A stretch of 64,000 nt of DNA from Mytilus trossulus (taxonomy: Eukaryota), in the NCBI RefSeq assembly GCF_036588685.1, contig NC_086375.1, positions 91,822,001 to 91,886,000 of the forward strand. Direction: 5' to 3'. A model generated the notes under the pieces. The model saw only the letters and a list, made by a program, of their open reading frames with translations. It did no database searches and was not told the origin of the DNA. Shown piece by piece: positions 1 to 13,299 of the stretch (positions are counted from its first letter, which is position 1; each line of letters starts with the position of its first letter). A program made the translations under genes and the position numbers.

Positions 1-1338
1 AAAATCATTCAATTGATATCTTTTGTATGAAAATTTGTACCAACGAAAATAAACTAATCAACACAGGAGTGGATCCAGCCTTTTTAAAAGGGGGGGTCCC
101 AACCCAGGACCATGGGGGTTCCAACTATATGTCCCCATTCAAATGCATTGATTGGCAAAAAAAAGGGGGTATTCTCAGTAAATGTTCATGATAAGAGAAT
201 ACTGTGTGTTTTATGGTTTTGTTGAGAAGTCTGTCTTTTATAGCCTATTGAACTGATTGCCATGATGAAATGGTGACACTTTTTGCTCTGTTAAATTATG
301 CACTACTAAATGTTAATGAAACCAGCACATTGTATGATTTATCATTCATAGTTAAAATGAAACTGGACACCCTGCATTTATTAAACACCATCAAGGTGTA
401 TTTTTAATACTTAAACACTGCACTTGGTTAACATTCCTTTAAAATACAAATTATCAAGATATGGTTTTAAGTACTTCAATGCTTTGTGAATTTTAAAATT
501 ATACTATTATAATGTATTCATTTAATATATATAAGCTATAGCAGAGACATATAATACATTGTATTATATGTCTCTGGCTATAGTAATGCTCTAATAATTC
601 ATAGGTATTTGTTGATTTAAGCAATTTAATTTCAGTTCTATAAATAAATACAAGGTCATAACGTGGATATTATTGATTTTTTAAAAATAACTAGGTGAAA
701 TCCACTTCTATTTTAGAATAAAATGTGAGTAATTTGAGTAAAATATTTATGTTGTAGAAAGATGATAAAGGGATTAAGTTGAAAGTTGTACTAAGATTAA
801 GGTAAACTGTCTTGTTGCATAAAATATTAAAGAAGGGTGATATTTAGATTAAATTTTGGAATAAAATAATAATTTCAGTATGGAACATTTAAAAATGAAA
901 TATGTTGGATGACATAATATTTAAATATATACTTTAGGCACGGAGACCAATACTTGTAAATAACTGTGTCATGTGTACTCTCGTGGGGATATGTCTCATT
1001 GGCAAACATATAAATTTAAGATTGTATTTTTACAGAAGAATATTTTCCTTCAAATAAATTGTTTATAACTCCCTTTTACTTTCGGTTTAAGGTTGCTGAT
1101 TAAACTTGAAGGAATTCCTACTATTTATTGATTTGACAATTTTTTCAGCACATTTATAATTTTTCAATGGAAATAGTAGAAAGTGTGGATACTGGAAATA
1201 TAAAGATTAATTGACATTCTGATACCATATATGAGTTCATCTTTATTTCATGATTTCAAACATCATTGGACAAAAGCAAGACATGATGATGTGTATTTCT
1301 TTCACTTTCAATTGCAGTAATACAATACTGATAAAGAT

Positions 1339-2928
1339 ATGGGAAAGTTAAAAGGATTACTTTGTGGAGTAAGAAAGAAAAAGAAGCAAAAGGATGCAGT
1401 GCCAGGTAAGCATATTTCTCATTTATCAAGAGTGTCAGGATTGTAAATGAAAAAGGTCTTTTGAAGTTGGCAAATAGCCAACTATTTCAAGAGTCCATGT
1501 TGAAACTGGTAGAACTTTCAAACAGTGTTAGAATTTACTCAATATCAACATGGTTCTTTAACATGTTACATAAGAGAAAAATTAATGGTGTAATGTCTAG
1601 GGTTGATAAAAAATTCATGACACAAAATCACTTCATATACATGCAGAAGGGGCCGTAGTGATAGTCCAACACTTTGATAGTTCTATAGTCCGACAGTTCG
1701 ATGGTCCGACAGTTTGATGGTACGATGGTTCGATGATCCGACAGTTTAATAGTCTAAAAGTTCTTTAGTCCAACAGTTTAGTGGTATTTTTACATAATAT
1801 ATGTATGCGAGTCGGAAGTCATGTACCAGATTTGAGTACAGCGTATATATGATCTGATAAAAGTGAAAAGATCCAACCTACCACTTGGAGGTAAAACTGA
1901 ACATAACTTCCAGTCACTTGTGTGATTATTTAAATATTTTATTATTAGCATAAAGAATAAATAAAAGAAACGGGAGTATCTATGTGTCAGCAACTGTATT
2001 CCATTACATGATAACTTTAATAAAAATCTACCAATGATTTAATTATTTTTTTTTTATATTGAACGCATTTTGATGTAAGCACGGAGTTATAAACCAACAA
2101 AGGCGGCATAGAGGTGGGGTGAAGATTATCTGTGAAATAAGTTAAAAACATTATAGGGATTCAGTTTTAGAAAAGTTATGTCTGTCGTTTCTCCATAGCC
2201 AGGAAGAACGTCTTGTGTCTGTTATTAGTCTATATCATATCTTGTAGTATATGTCGGACTATCGAACTGTTCGGCTGTAGAACTATCTGACTATTAAACT
2301 GTTGGATTATCGAACCGTAGGACTATAGAACTGTTGAACTGTCGAGCGGACCCCACATGCAGAAACCAAAACCCGAAAAACCATCCTTTTTCTATTGCTG
2401 TTCTTCATCTCACCTCAGAGCAAGTGTAAGACAAGTTTACCACAGGCCCTTATCAAATTTACCAGATTGCTTTGCTATCTGTTCCTTTGCATTGAAGAAC
2501 GCGGCTTCAGGGTTAGATTAACAAAGTTTATATGACAACATACCAGCAAGCAATCAAACAAATGCTATCATAAATAGCCCAAAGAATCTCATTGTTAAAT
2601 TTAACAACGAATGTCAAAATACAAGTATAGGGCTATGCACCTCATGCAAGAGAACCCTTTTTTGCTTGTTTATGCTTGTCGTAATTTTTTATATGAAACT
2701 GTTTTTCAGTTATTTCAATCTTGGTCATTTTATTTTGATTTGGCTACAAGTGCGCCCTTGACAACAGGGTTCACAGTGAACACTACATATATTGGGTGAT
2801 CATCAGAAAGCAATAATGTCAGAAATGTTTATGTTATATATTTACAGATATAGAAAAAGAGAGAAAATGTGATGATAATTGTTCCAATCAAAATAAAGAT
2901 TGCAAAGGTATGATACATTGCACCTGCC

Positions 2929-2959
<31 letters not shown>

Positions 2960-5900
2960 CAATACTTATGATAGTAAACATTCTTTATTTATTGACTTTG
3001 TTTTCAATATTCTAACTTGATGTAATGAAAACTTGTTGTCCATGTATCACACCTTAGAACTATAGAATGGTTATCATCTGTCCAGTCTGTCTCTCCATCA
3101 GTCCAAATCACATTAACATGTTGTCCATGTATCACACCTTAGAACTATAGAATGGTTATCATCTGTCCAGTCTGTCTGTCCATTAGTCCAAATCACACTA
3201 ACATGCAGAATATTGTGACAATAACACCTTGTGAATGCAACTCTTCTGAGACCATTTGATAGAAAGCTTGTAGTATCTATTTGCCACAACTCCTTGTTAG
3301 GTTTGCCTCAACCAAATGTTATTAGACTCATACATATAAATACTATTACTAATTAATACAAACCCCAAATCAAGTACAATTTTGAGTAGCGTCACTAAAA
3401 CTTTTTTTGTCATGTCCCTATATAACTTTTTATGATATGCAAGCGGGGGTATCATCTGTGTCCCATGGACACATTCCCCATTTATTTTTTTTCGATTAAA
3501 AAGGAAGATAATTTTGAAACTTTTTTTTTTATTACAGATAAAGAACAAGGCGAAGAAAAACAAGCCAGCAAGAGTAAGTGATTTTCTGTCTATTAGAAAT
3601 AACATAAAAAATGTGGTGCGCGTAGCGTGTTATTCAATGTGCACCAAATTTTTTATATTATTTCTTCATAGACAGAAAAAGTATTAGTCATTCCTTAAAT
3701 TAATTTTGATAAACACATTTGTTGTTCTGCAAAAATAATATTAAGGTATATGAGACTACATTTTGATATATTACTGGTAGTTAATAAACTATGTTTTTTT
3801 TACTTTTCTTTGTAGTATTCAATATTCATATCAATGCTGGTAGTGTTTCTATAGCTGGAGGGATAATTAGGGAAAGGGAGGAACATAGTGACAGTGAATA
3901 TGAAAGTGGTATGTATTTCAGGATATTATACACCTTATCGCTAATGCTGGCTGACCCAGCCGCTTGAACTTTTGACGTCAACAACAATCACTTTTCCATT
4001 GTGGCGTCAGATATTTTGTTTTATGACGTCAAAATTTTACGGGAACCTGTGTGATTTCCAGCAATGGCGGACAAATAACGATAAGGGGTATTTATTTGTG
4101 TCATGGTTTTATACCCTATTACCCAGGTGATAGGAGGATTTGCAGAACCATCACAGTTATTGAAAGCTAGTTCAAAGCCAATAACAACTTATAAACAATT
4201 TGATCGTGTATATAAGACTAAAATATTTATCAATACACATCTAATCTTCAATGGATTTAGTTTAAAGACTTCATTAACTGTTAGTGAAAAACATTACCAT
4301 GTTTTAGGCACAAAAAAAAAAGTGAACATGGAATCATGGATCATATCTAAATGTTAGGGCTTGGTAAACAACATCACCCTGATAGCATGGATGTGCTATA
4401 CTGTTTGTCATAACTTTTCCACCAGTTCTCTGCCAGTAGTGAGAGATTTTCCAGTTTAAGAAATTAATTAAAACATATCACTAATAACATAATAAGCTGA
4501 AACATATGTTAACACTATTGTCATACGATTATGTGGCAATTTAGTCACAATATCTATGGTTAACATTTTATTCATATTGTTAAAAGATTGAATAATATAA
4601 AATCAATTTTATTAGATATATGTTTTTTTTTAATAAATAGAATGGGAAAAGACCCAAAAAACTTGTATGGATTTGTTAATTATGTCTTCTTTATAGATAG
4701 TAAATCTGCAGTAGTGAAAGATCAACTTCTAACAGAGGTTTATACTCCAGTGAATGAAACTGAAAATGGACTTATCGTAACTTCCAGTCAAGATTCTGGT
4801 ATAGGTAATTGACATAAATATGAGAGTTTAAGGGGCACCAGCTACAAGATATAAATATAAAATTTAAAATATGTTTTTTTGTTTAATCATTAATGAAAGT
4901 GAAATAATAATTTGCATTTAGCAGCCAGTATGGTTCAATTTGTAAAAATAAGCTAAGATATATTAATAATGAATAATTCACTTGCAAAAATGATAATTTG
5001 AGTCAAATCAGTGAACTTTAATTTGACAGCCAATACCTCTTTTTACTTAACAACAGAAAGCTAAATGCATTCTTACCTGAATCTTGAAAAAAAAATCGGT
5101 ATAATACCTGATTGTTAACCATCTTATCAAACTTTTCATAATGATATCTTCAGTCTGAAGTAAGCAAAGCAAATAATGTAACTAACATTGATTTTTTTCT
5201 TGTTTTTTTTAAATATTTGAAAAAACAAATGTAAATGAATTTCACAGGGTCTGAAGTAGTTTTTCCAACAACAAGCAAAGACTCAGAGACAGATGAACAT
5301 ACGTGTAAACCAGAGATAAAGAAAATAGATGGTAAGTAATGGTTTAATACATAGATAAGATAATTTGGTAGCTCTAATGTAAGTATTGAACTTATTTAAT
5401 ATTGAAATTGTGGTAGAAATTATCTTTTAATAAAAAAAAATACTATGTCATAATTTAGTTTCAGGATATCCTATACAATTTTAGAACCTCATAATAAATG
5501 ATGTTCACTATTCAAAAGAAAATATAGAGAAAGATATTAATTATTCAAACATGATAATGCTATAAAAGAGAATCAAAGGTACAAAAAGGATATTCAAAGT
5601 CCATCAAAAAACTAACTGACAAATCCATAGCAAAAATTAAAAAGATGAAAAGACAAACAAAAGTACACAAAACACAACATATGTACAAAAGTATAGACTA
5701 AGCAACATGAACAAATTAACAAATGAAAAATGGTATTCAGTATTTAAACAAGAAAATGCACAAAATTTGAATTGTAATTAACTGGTTTCAAATGAAGCCT
5801 TTACTGTGGATTCATAATTATTTATTGGATATCAATTTTTGTAGATTTCGTGGGTTAAGGTGTACCATGAAATTTAGAGTTGAAGGAATGACAATTTTCC

Positions 5901-8900
5901 TATAGTATATAAAAAAGAAGATGTGGTATGATTGCCAATGAGACAACTATCCACAAAAGACCAAAATGACACAGTTTGCCAAACCACGAAATTAAATATC
6001 CACAAACATGTATGTTTTCATTAATCCACAAAAATTGATACCCATAAAAATAAGTAAATCCCCAGTATTGGAAATGAACATTTTTACCTTTATCTTTGAA
6101 ACTTCTTTTTCAGTAATTAGCATTAAATAGGTAGAGTCAGAATCAGCTCTTCTATATTCATTCACATTTTGTTTTCTTTTAGAAATTGAAGATTTACCAA
6201 AGACCTTTGAAAATAATAATAAGTTGGAGGATTCTATATATGAGGAAGATAAAGTAGATGAAATAAGCTCTATAAACCAAGGTAAACACTATCTGTTGGA
6301 TATCATCTTAACTCATTCCTTTTACAGCAGTATCTTTTTAAGTTTGACATGAAGTCACCTAGGATAGTTAGTTTAAATTAATAAAATTTAATAGTGACTT
6401 GTTAGAAAGTGTTGCTGTCCATATATTACGGTTAAATAGAACAAATGGCGTCAGAATTCTTTTTAATGAACTGCAATATGTGAAGAGTAACACATCAATT
6501 AAGTCATAGTCTTTATTGAGGACCTATAGTCATCATCATCTGTTCATCGTTGACAATGTAATAGAATTTGACGCGACTGTCTTACAAGTGAGAGGTTTAG
6601 CTAGCTATAAAACCAGGTTCAATCCACCATTTTCTACATTAGAAAATGCCTGTACCAAGTCAGGAATGTGACAGTTGTTACAGTCTTCGTTACATTTGTT
6701 GTTTTTATAGTGATGCATGTATGTATGCCTTCAAACTTTGAACGACAAAATTATTTTTATGTCTACCTGTACGAATTTCAGACGTGCATTTTTACACCAG
6801 CAATGAAAACCTTCTTTCCTTTACGGGTAGACTTTATATATACATAAATAAAGTGGTACAAGAAAAGCAAAATGAGTAAGTTCAATTTTATGTATGCCTT
6901 TTTGTGATTCTTCGTTACATTTGTTGTTTTATAGTGATATTAACCCTTACCATGCTGAGTTGTTTTCAGAAATTGTCTAAATTTCAAGTATTTGCAAAAA
7001 TATGCAAATGATATGCAAATGAGCTGTACCCTGATGCTGATGCATACTGATTGCAATAAATCTAAAATAGGTGATCACAGGGTGGGGTAGTCTGGGTGAG
7101 GAGGCGGATTTTTTTTGGCGGGAATTTGCTCCAAAGTTGGTCCTCAGGTACAAAAAGCGTCAATTTTGACCTTTTTCCGTTCTTTTTCTCGACCTGTAAG
7201 TCCGAGAGATGCTAATAGATGCATCCATCTGTAGTTTACATGTAGCGTGGACACCAGTGAACACTTTTATCACAACAGTTGTTAGGTCGGAGTGAAACTG
7301 ATCTGGGTTCATCAGTGTAAAGAAGGTCATTTGCACCAAAATTCACCAAATTGCGGAATTTTTCCAATTTTGAACTTTAACTGGACTTGCAACCGGAAGT
7401 AGTCGTTATGTGCCTTTAGGTTAACGGTATTTGTCAAGGTTTCCGTCCTCTGAGCTCCGTGATTCAGACCTTGAAGGTAAGCCCACCCCTCCAAAAAAAA
7501 CAATTTTGTCCGATATCAAATTTTGAAGTTCGTATTTGAGCTCAAAATGAATATTTAAAGTGAGAAACATGACATGAATAGTTTCAGATTGAGGAAACGT
7601 TCATACACTACGAAATAAATGGTATTACGATGACCTCTAAATGTATGGAGCGCCATTGATGCCAAAATAACGGTATTCTGGGTACGGCCGTAATATTACG
7701 GCCCCCGCACGACAAGGGTTAAGATGATAACACAATGTTGACTGCTGTACCCCTATTTTTGACATTTTTACTCTTTGAGTATGTTTGTTTTGTTCATACA
7801 TCGTTGACAATGTAATGGAATTTGATGCGATTGTCATACAAGTGAGAGGTTTAGCTAGCTTTAAAACCAGGTTCAATCCACCATTTTCTACATTAGAAAA
7901 TGCCTGTACCAAGTCAGGAATATGACAGTTGTTATCTATTTGTTTGATGTGTTTGGACTTTTGATTTTGCCTTTTGATTTTGGATTTTCCCTTTTGAATT
8001 TTCCTCGGAGTTCAGTATTTTTGTGTTTTTACTTTTTTGTTATCCATTGGTTTGATGTGTTTGGACTTTGATTTTGCCTTATGATTTTGGATTTTCCTTT
8101 TTGAATTTTCCTCGGAGTTCAGTATTTTTGTGTTTTTACTTTTTTCATACGAAATTTGTAATTCATTTTGTAATTTATTTCAGTTTTACAGAATTCTGTA
8201 TTGTAAATATTGTATAAAATACAAAGTGAGATTTAGAGAAGTGAATGTTCCCTCTTAAAAAAAAAGGTCAAATAGTTAAGGGAGTAAAGATGCATTTAAA
8301 CCTTGTCTGTAAACAGTATGGATTTTTAAAATAGACTAATTTTTTTTCAGGAATGAATGAGGATTATATAGATATTCAAGCAGTAGTTCAATGTACAGAA
8401 TACACAGAAACAGCACCAAAAAGGAGTGAAAACAGTCTAGCTGGTATGATATGTCATTATATTTTTTGTACTACAATTTGATATATGACAGATGTACCTG
8501 TAAAAGTGGATGAAGTTACAATTATATGCAAAACAAAAGGAAAATTGTGCAACTTTTGTTAAAAAAAATAATGATTTTGGACTTTCTAGTACATGTATAT
8601 TAATTTTATATTGAATTTTCTTTTTGTTGCTTTTCTTTATACTGTTATTATGGACTAAATCATAGAGCAATGCACATGAAATTTATACTAATTTTCTTGC
8701 ATTAGGTGAGTTCTATTTGAATTTATCAAAAGGATTTTGAAACTTTGTTAGGTATCAAAATAAAAACAGCTTGCTTTAGCTGACTTTTACAAGATTTACT
8801 GCAGTATTATATAAAATTATATAACATAAAAAAGAAATACTAACTGCAAAATAAATTTAATCCATGTTCTCAATGTCTGCATGTTTTGAATTGTGTGACA

Positions 8901-9801
8901 GTTTGTCATGTTTGGGCCTATTATAACTAACTGTATGTTATGAGTTATTATTGACAGGTGATTTTGGTATTTAATTACTTAGCTAGGTGCTTTTAATAGG
9001 GCATTCTCTCCTGTACCTGTTTTTTTATATAGTAAAGCTACCAGCTAGTTCCTCCAACCTAGCGAGATGAACAACCAGGTCAGGAACGAGCATAGTACTG
9101 GCCTTGGTTATACACCTTTTTTTTTAAAGTTTATTTTTTTCTTCTTCACAGAAACAGTGGAAGAAGATGGATCTTCATTGAGTATAACAAACTATAACAA
9201 TGTTGACAACCTTGCTCAATTCAGCAAAGTAAGCAGAAGGCTAAGTACTCCTGGCAGTTTACCAGAAGGAAACTCAAATTCAGACTGTCAACTGATTGGT
9301 AGCCATGGTGGACAAGACAACCTGTCTGGTTTATCAGGAAGAGGTACCAATGAGGATAGAAGTCAAAATATAGAATGTGGCCAGAGTGGTGGAGTAAATG
9401 ATCAGTGTTCTTCTCAATCTGTCAATAGTGTGCTTAGTAGAGCAGCTAATGAAGAAACAGACCAAGCTATCCAAGAAGAGGAAAATATATCAGGGGAAAA
9501 TGATGTTGACCAGGATGCAGAGGTTTACAACACAGCCACTCCTAGCGATGGAAGACCAGAAAATAGTGAACAAAAAGATGAGAGCACTGAGAAGAAAGGG
9601 GTAGATGGAGCTGTTGTATCAGATGTTATTAACAAGATCAGCGATTTTGGAAAGGACAGCATGTGTAAAAACTTCGATATTGCTATGACACCAAAGAGCA
9701 ATAATGAAGTCAAAATAGAAATGGGGCTTGAAATAGGTAACACAGGAAGAAGTGTGGCCCAATATATGGCAAATGTTGCTATTCAGGGTTTTCAAGCTTA
9801 A
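1339..9801 (+). CDS. Uncharacterised 404-aa acidic, low-complexity protein with a putative N-myristoyl/palmitoyl/polybasic N-terminus (8 coding exons)
   Basis: Hand-spliced GT-AG exons 1339-1405, 2848-2907, 3855-3908, 4697-4804, 5248-5331, 6183-6281, 8351-8443 and 9152-9801 join into one 1215-nt ORF. All introns are phase 1. The protein starts MGKLKGLLCGVRKKKKQKD, the last exon matches ORF 9067..9801 from ETVEEDG onward, and there is an AATAAA at about 10108. No family recognised. Confidence 0.75.
1649..2354. mobile_element. Non-autonomous TIR element (Mutator/Foldback-like) with internally repetitive TIRs
   Basis: GGGG...CCCC ends, arrays of an ~20-bp TAGTCCGACAGTTCGA-type motif in inverted orientation at the two ends, flanked by a 10-bp direct repeat ACATGCAGAA (1639-1648 and 2355-2364). 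Confidence 0.75.
3032..3205. repeat. Tandem duplication, about 87-bp unit x2
   Basis: TTGTTGTCCATGTATCACACCTTAGAAC...AAATCACA(T/C)TAACATG occurs twice, nearly identical. Confidence 0.85.
3928..4090. mobile_element. Short MITE
   Basis: Imperfect TIRs TACACCTTATCG ... CGATAAGGGGTA with TA flanks. Confidence 0.5.
5802..6067. mobile_element. MITE family TACTGTGGATTCATT...AATCCACAGTA (Tc1/mariner-like, TA flanks)
   Basis: TIR motif and shared internal sequence recur at about 32537-32702, 42200-42657, 46665-46875 and 49943-50154. Confidence 0.65.
6944..7718. mobile_element. piggyBac-type non-autonomous element nested in an interspersed repeat
   Basis: TTAA|CCCTTACCATGC ... GCACGACAAGGG|TTAA (TTAA at 6940-6943 and 7719-7722). 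Contains the subterminal perfect palindrome GGCCGTAATATTACGGCC. Confidence 0.75.
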
Positions 9802-10125
9802 ACACTATTATCTATAGTGTTTGTCAATCAAAAGTAATAAGTTCTATTAACTTTTTGTATGATATTGTGTTTATTCTCATAAAAAATATATCTGTTAGTG
9901 GTGATACAAATGTAGCAAAAACCTGTTTGATAGAATATGAATTAACACAAAATCATAAATCTGTTCTACTTAGAATGTTAAATAATCCAGTTTTTCCAAC
10001 ATTTTATTAGTCTACATCTTTGCTAGCCTTGGCTAGCGAAGATGATAAGTCTTATACTTAAATGTGTTTACAATCTGTTTATTGCATTTAATATGTATTT
10101 GTAGTGGAATAAAATTCTTAAATAT

Positions 10126-11246
10126 GTAGGACTCTAAAGTGCTATGGTAAAGCTAAAGTGCGATGGTCTACGCTAAAGTAAATGGCGTCTCACGCTAAAG
10201 TGCGATGGTTGTTTGTTCCCTAAAGTATGATGGTGTGTCATGCTAAAGTGCAATGGTCCAAAGGGTAAGATTTGAAGTAATAAAACATCGAGGTTAAAAA
10301 AGCAGAAGCTTAGGTATAACATATGTGATAGGCTTTACAATTTACCTGTAGACTGAAGTAATTGTTTCTAAATTTACAAGTCTGACCAAGTAATAATTGC
10401 TATAAAATTGATTTATGTTTTGCAAATATCATAAATCATGTAAAATAATTTTTTAACAATTTGGAGCATATTGAATATTTGGAAAATTGGTGTAGAATGC
10501 CTTTCATACTAATCTTATAACCTCTCTTACATTTGTCAATGAAAATCAAACATACAAAATTTGTTCATTGTCGGGATATGCAACATTTATTTGTATAAGT
10601 TGTAATCTAAATGCGAGAGAATTGCAATGATCGCTGATCTTCTCATTTTTCGTAGCGAGTACAACTACATGTTTTTTATTTTCCTACAATGCACAGTAAG
10701 AACTTATGTTTTAGCAGACAATTTATAGTTCACGCATGCAAACATGTATCTCTATTTTAGTTTTCCGACGTTACTTTTCATTAAAATCGATGGCATTTTA
10801 ACGGGGATTACAAAGTAAACTGCCACATAAACAATGATTTGAATGTATCCATTCGCTTCAAATAGAAGCAGGATAAGTATGTGTAAACTATTTGGTATCT
10901 ATATAGTAAAATGGTCGACTGTAGGATACAAGTTCTTCTTCCAGCACTCGAAAAAATAAACATTGTGATTTAGCCGACAAAGAACGATTAAATTAAATCA
11001 ATAAATCGTAAGTCATGGACATTTGGTGTAAAAATTGTTAATCAAATATTCCTAATCTATCTTCTGGCATGTTCATTATTGGTTTGTATTTAAACGACTG
11101 TTAACGTCATTATCGAACTATGTTTCTATGTCTATATTTTCGCTGAGCATCGGACTTTAGCGTATGGAAGCATCCTTTAGCATAGACCATGGCACTTTAG
11201 CGAGACCATCATACTTTAGCGTCCCCATCGCACTGTAGAGTCCTAC
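10126..11246. mobile_element. Non-autonomous TIR element with long repeat-containing TIRs
   Basis: GTAGGACTCTAAAGTG ... CACTGTAGAGTCCTAC ends, inverted arrays of GCTAAAGTGCGATGG-like motifs, flanked by AAATAT on both sides. Confidence 0.7.
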
Positions 11247-11899
11247 AAATATTTGGAACTTGACCTCAAATACTAAATGAAAAAAAATGAAAATATGTGT
11301 TATCAACTGGACCAATTTTTTCAGTCACTTTGTCTCCTAATTAAGTCATGCTACATTGACTTCAATCCTTTTTACATTGTCAGATCAATTCTTAAGTTTA
11401 TAGTTTAGTTTTTGTTTAATAGTAAGCTACAGTTCATATTTCTTATAAGTCTGCATAGAATATTATTGGGTTTTTGGGAATATGTTGCAATAGAAATCCC
11501 TGCTTTAAAGTTTGAATTAGAAAATGAGGTTTCATCCTGATTTACTGATTATAAAAGTTTTACAGATGTTATGTTTCTAGATTGGGTGTATACATTGAAT
11601 TTGTAATTTTGTGCCCCAATGAACATGTTTAACCCTGCATCATTCTATGTGCCTAATCCAAAGCCAGGAGCCTTTAAATCAGTGATTATCTTCAGTTGTT
11701 TACTCTTCCAATGCACATAAGATCCCATTCAGGTTTTTTTATAGTTATTTTTGTGGATTTCATGTCTTGATACTCTGGTCTGGTCAGTCATTATCTATGA
11801 TGCATCTATTTTGGGACTCTCTTTCTTTTCTTGTATAAACACTATCCAGAACAGAACTATATCAGGGTTTTTATGGATGTTGGCAAATATATGTTGTAC

Positions 11900-12250
11900 T
11901 GTTAAACCACTGTCTTAGGTTAGATGGAGGATTGGTCAGGAATCCTGCTTACATGATTAACAATGTCACATTCTGTATGTATGTGCCTGTCCCAATTCAG
12001 GTAGTCTGTAGTTCAGTGGTTGTCTTTTGTTGAAGTTTTACATATCTGTTTTTCATCCATTTTTTTTTGTACATAGATAAGGTTGAAGGTTTCTCAAGTG
12101 AATTGTATTACATTTGTCATTTCAGGGTCTTTCAAAGCTGACAATAAGGTATGGGCTTTGCTCATTGTTGAAGGCAGTATGGTGACCAATAGTTGTTAAT
12201 TTATGTGTTATTTGGTCTCTTGCCAATCATACCACATTTTCTTTTGTTAT
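11900..12250 (+). repeat. Interspersed repeat copy (family also at about 16840-17015, 20125-20495/27264-27330 and others)
   Basis: Shared motifs GTGCCTGTCCCAAGTCAGGAGCCTGTAATTCAGTGGTTGTC ... GGCTTTGCTCATTGTTGAAGGC ... CAATCATACCACATCTT. Confidence 0.7.
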
Positions 12251-12289
12251 ATTCATACTAATTAGCTATATTAATCACACTATATTTAA

Positions 12290-12640
12290 AACAAAATATG
12301 TCTATTCAATTTAGAAGTTCTTATGCAAAATTTAGATGTGGTGTTTCACGAATGAAAATAGAAACAGGATAATATGAGAAATCCAATAAATGAAAGATCT
12401 TGTTCTATGTGTAAAAATGAAATTGAAGATGAAAACATGTATTTACTTTATGTCCTCTATATGCAGACTTGAGAGATATATTGTATAGTAAAGCAGTTAA
12501 ACATAATGATCATTTTTATAACTCGTCTATTGACGAAAAAGTTTGTATTTTTATTTTAAAATGAATAAATATGTCAGGTAGTTTCTAAAACTTGCTTAAA
12601 TATCTTATGTAGAAGAACAAATTTCTTATTTGTATCAAGC
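12290..12640 (+). pseudogene. Decayed non-LTR retrotransposon ORF2 3' fragment
   Basis: Translates as FRCGVSRMKIETG*Y..ERSCSMCKNEIEDE, matching the ETGRY...CxxC...EDExH zinc-knuckle tail of LINE ORF2 proteins. Confidence 0.55.
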
Positions 12641-12773
12641 TGGTCCAAGGACACAGTTATCATACTTTAGTTTTTGTCGTCTACAAATATAGTCCCTAGT
12701 GTAAACAGTGTATATCTTGCAAATTTTGTTCATACACTTTCCCAATTTATTTCTTGAAATTGCATTTATGAAA

Positions 12774-12979
12774 TACTGTAAACCAACTTATTTTCGCGGA
12801 TACTTTATTTCACATTTGACCCTTTCTAGTCCACTTTGCGGCTTTTTAGTTTCGCGATTGTTCAAATTTATATGATATAGTTTAAGAAGTAAAGATCCAA
12901 GTTTTACATTTTTTCGACGATTTACATTCACGTTATTTTTCTACTCGCGAAAGTTGTGAAAAGAAGTTGGTTTACAGTA
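12774..12979. mobile_element. MITE family TACTGTAAACCAA...TTGGTTTACAGTA
   Basis: Clear TIRs; a second copy in opposite orientation lies at 56029-56245. Confidence 0.7.
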
Positions 12980-13299
12980 TTAAGTAAGGGGATGAAATTA
13001 CATGTTTAGAAAATTTGGGTCCTGAATCTTTATGTTAAGTAGCAATTTGGTCTAGGAAAAAGTCCAAAATTAGTAACATCTGAAACTGTCAAACTGAATT
13101 TTAGACCCCCTTTACATAGAACTATCAATATTTAAAGTTCAGGCTGGTAGACTTTTCTATAATTTTGATATTGTTTGTTACAATAGTTGTACACTACATT
13201 GTAAAAATCTTTTTGAGTTAGAGCAGGTGCAATTTAAGCTTATGGTATTTTACAGTTAGTTTTAATACATAATATGTTTTTATATGTATTCCAATGTTT

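Noticed and set aside
9706-9750. RHIM-like amyloid motif (KIEMGLEIGNT) in the orphan protein
   Set aside because: It lacks the (I/V)Q(I/V/L)G core glutamine; resemblance is too weak.
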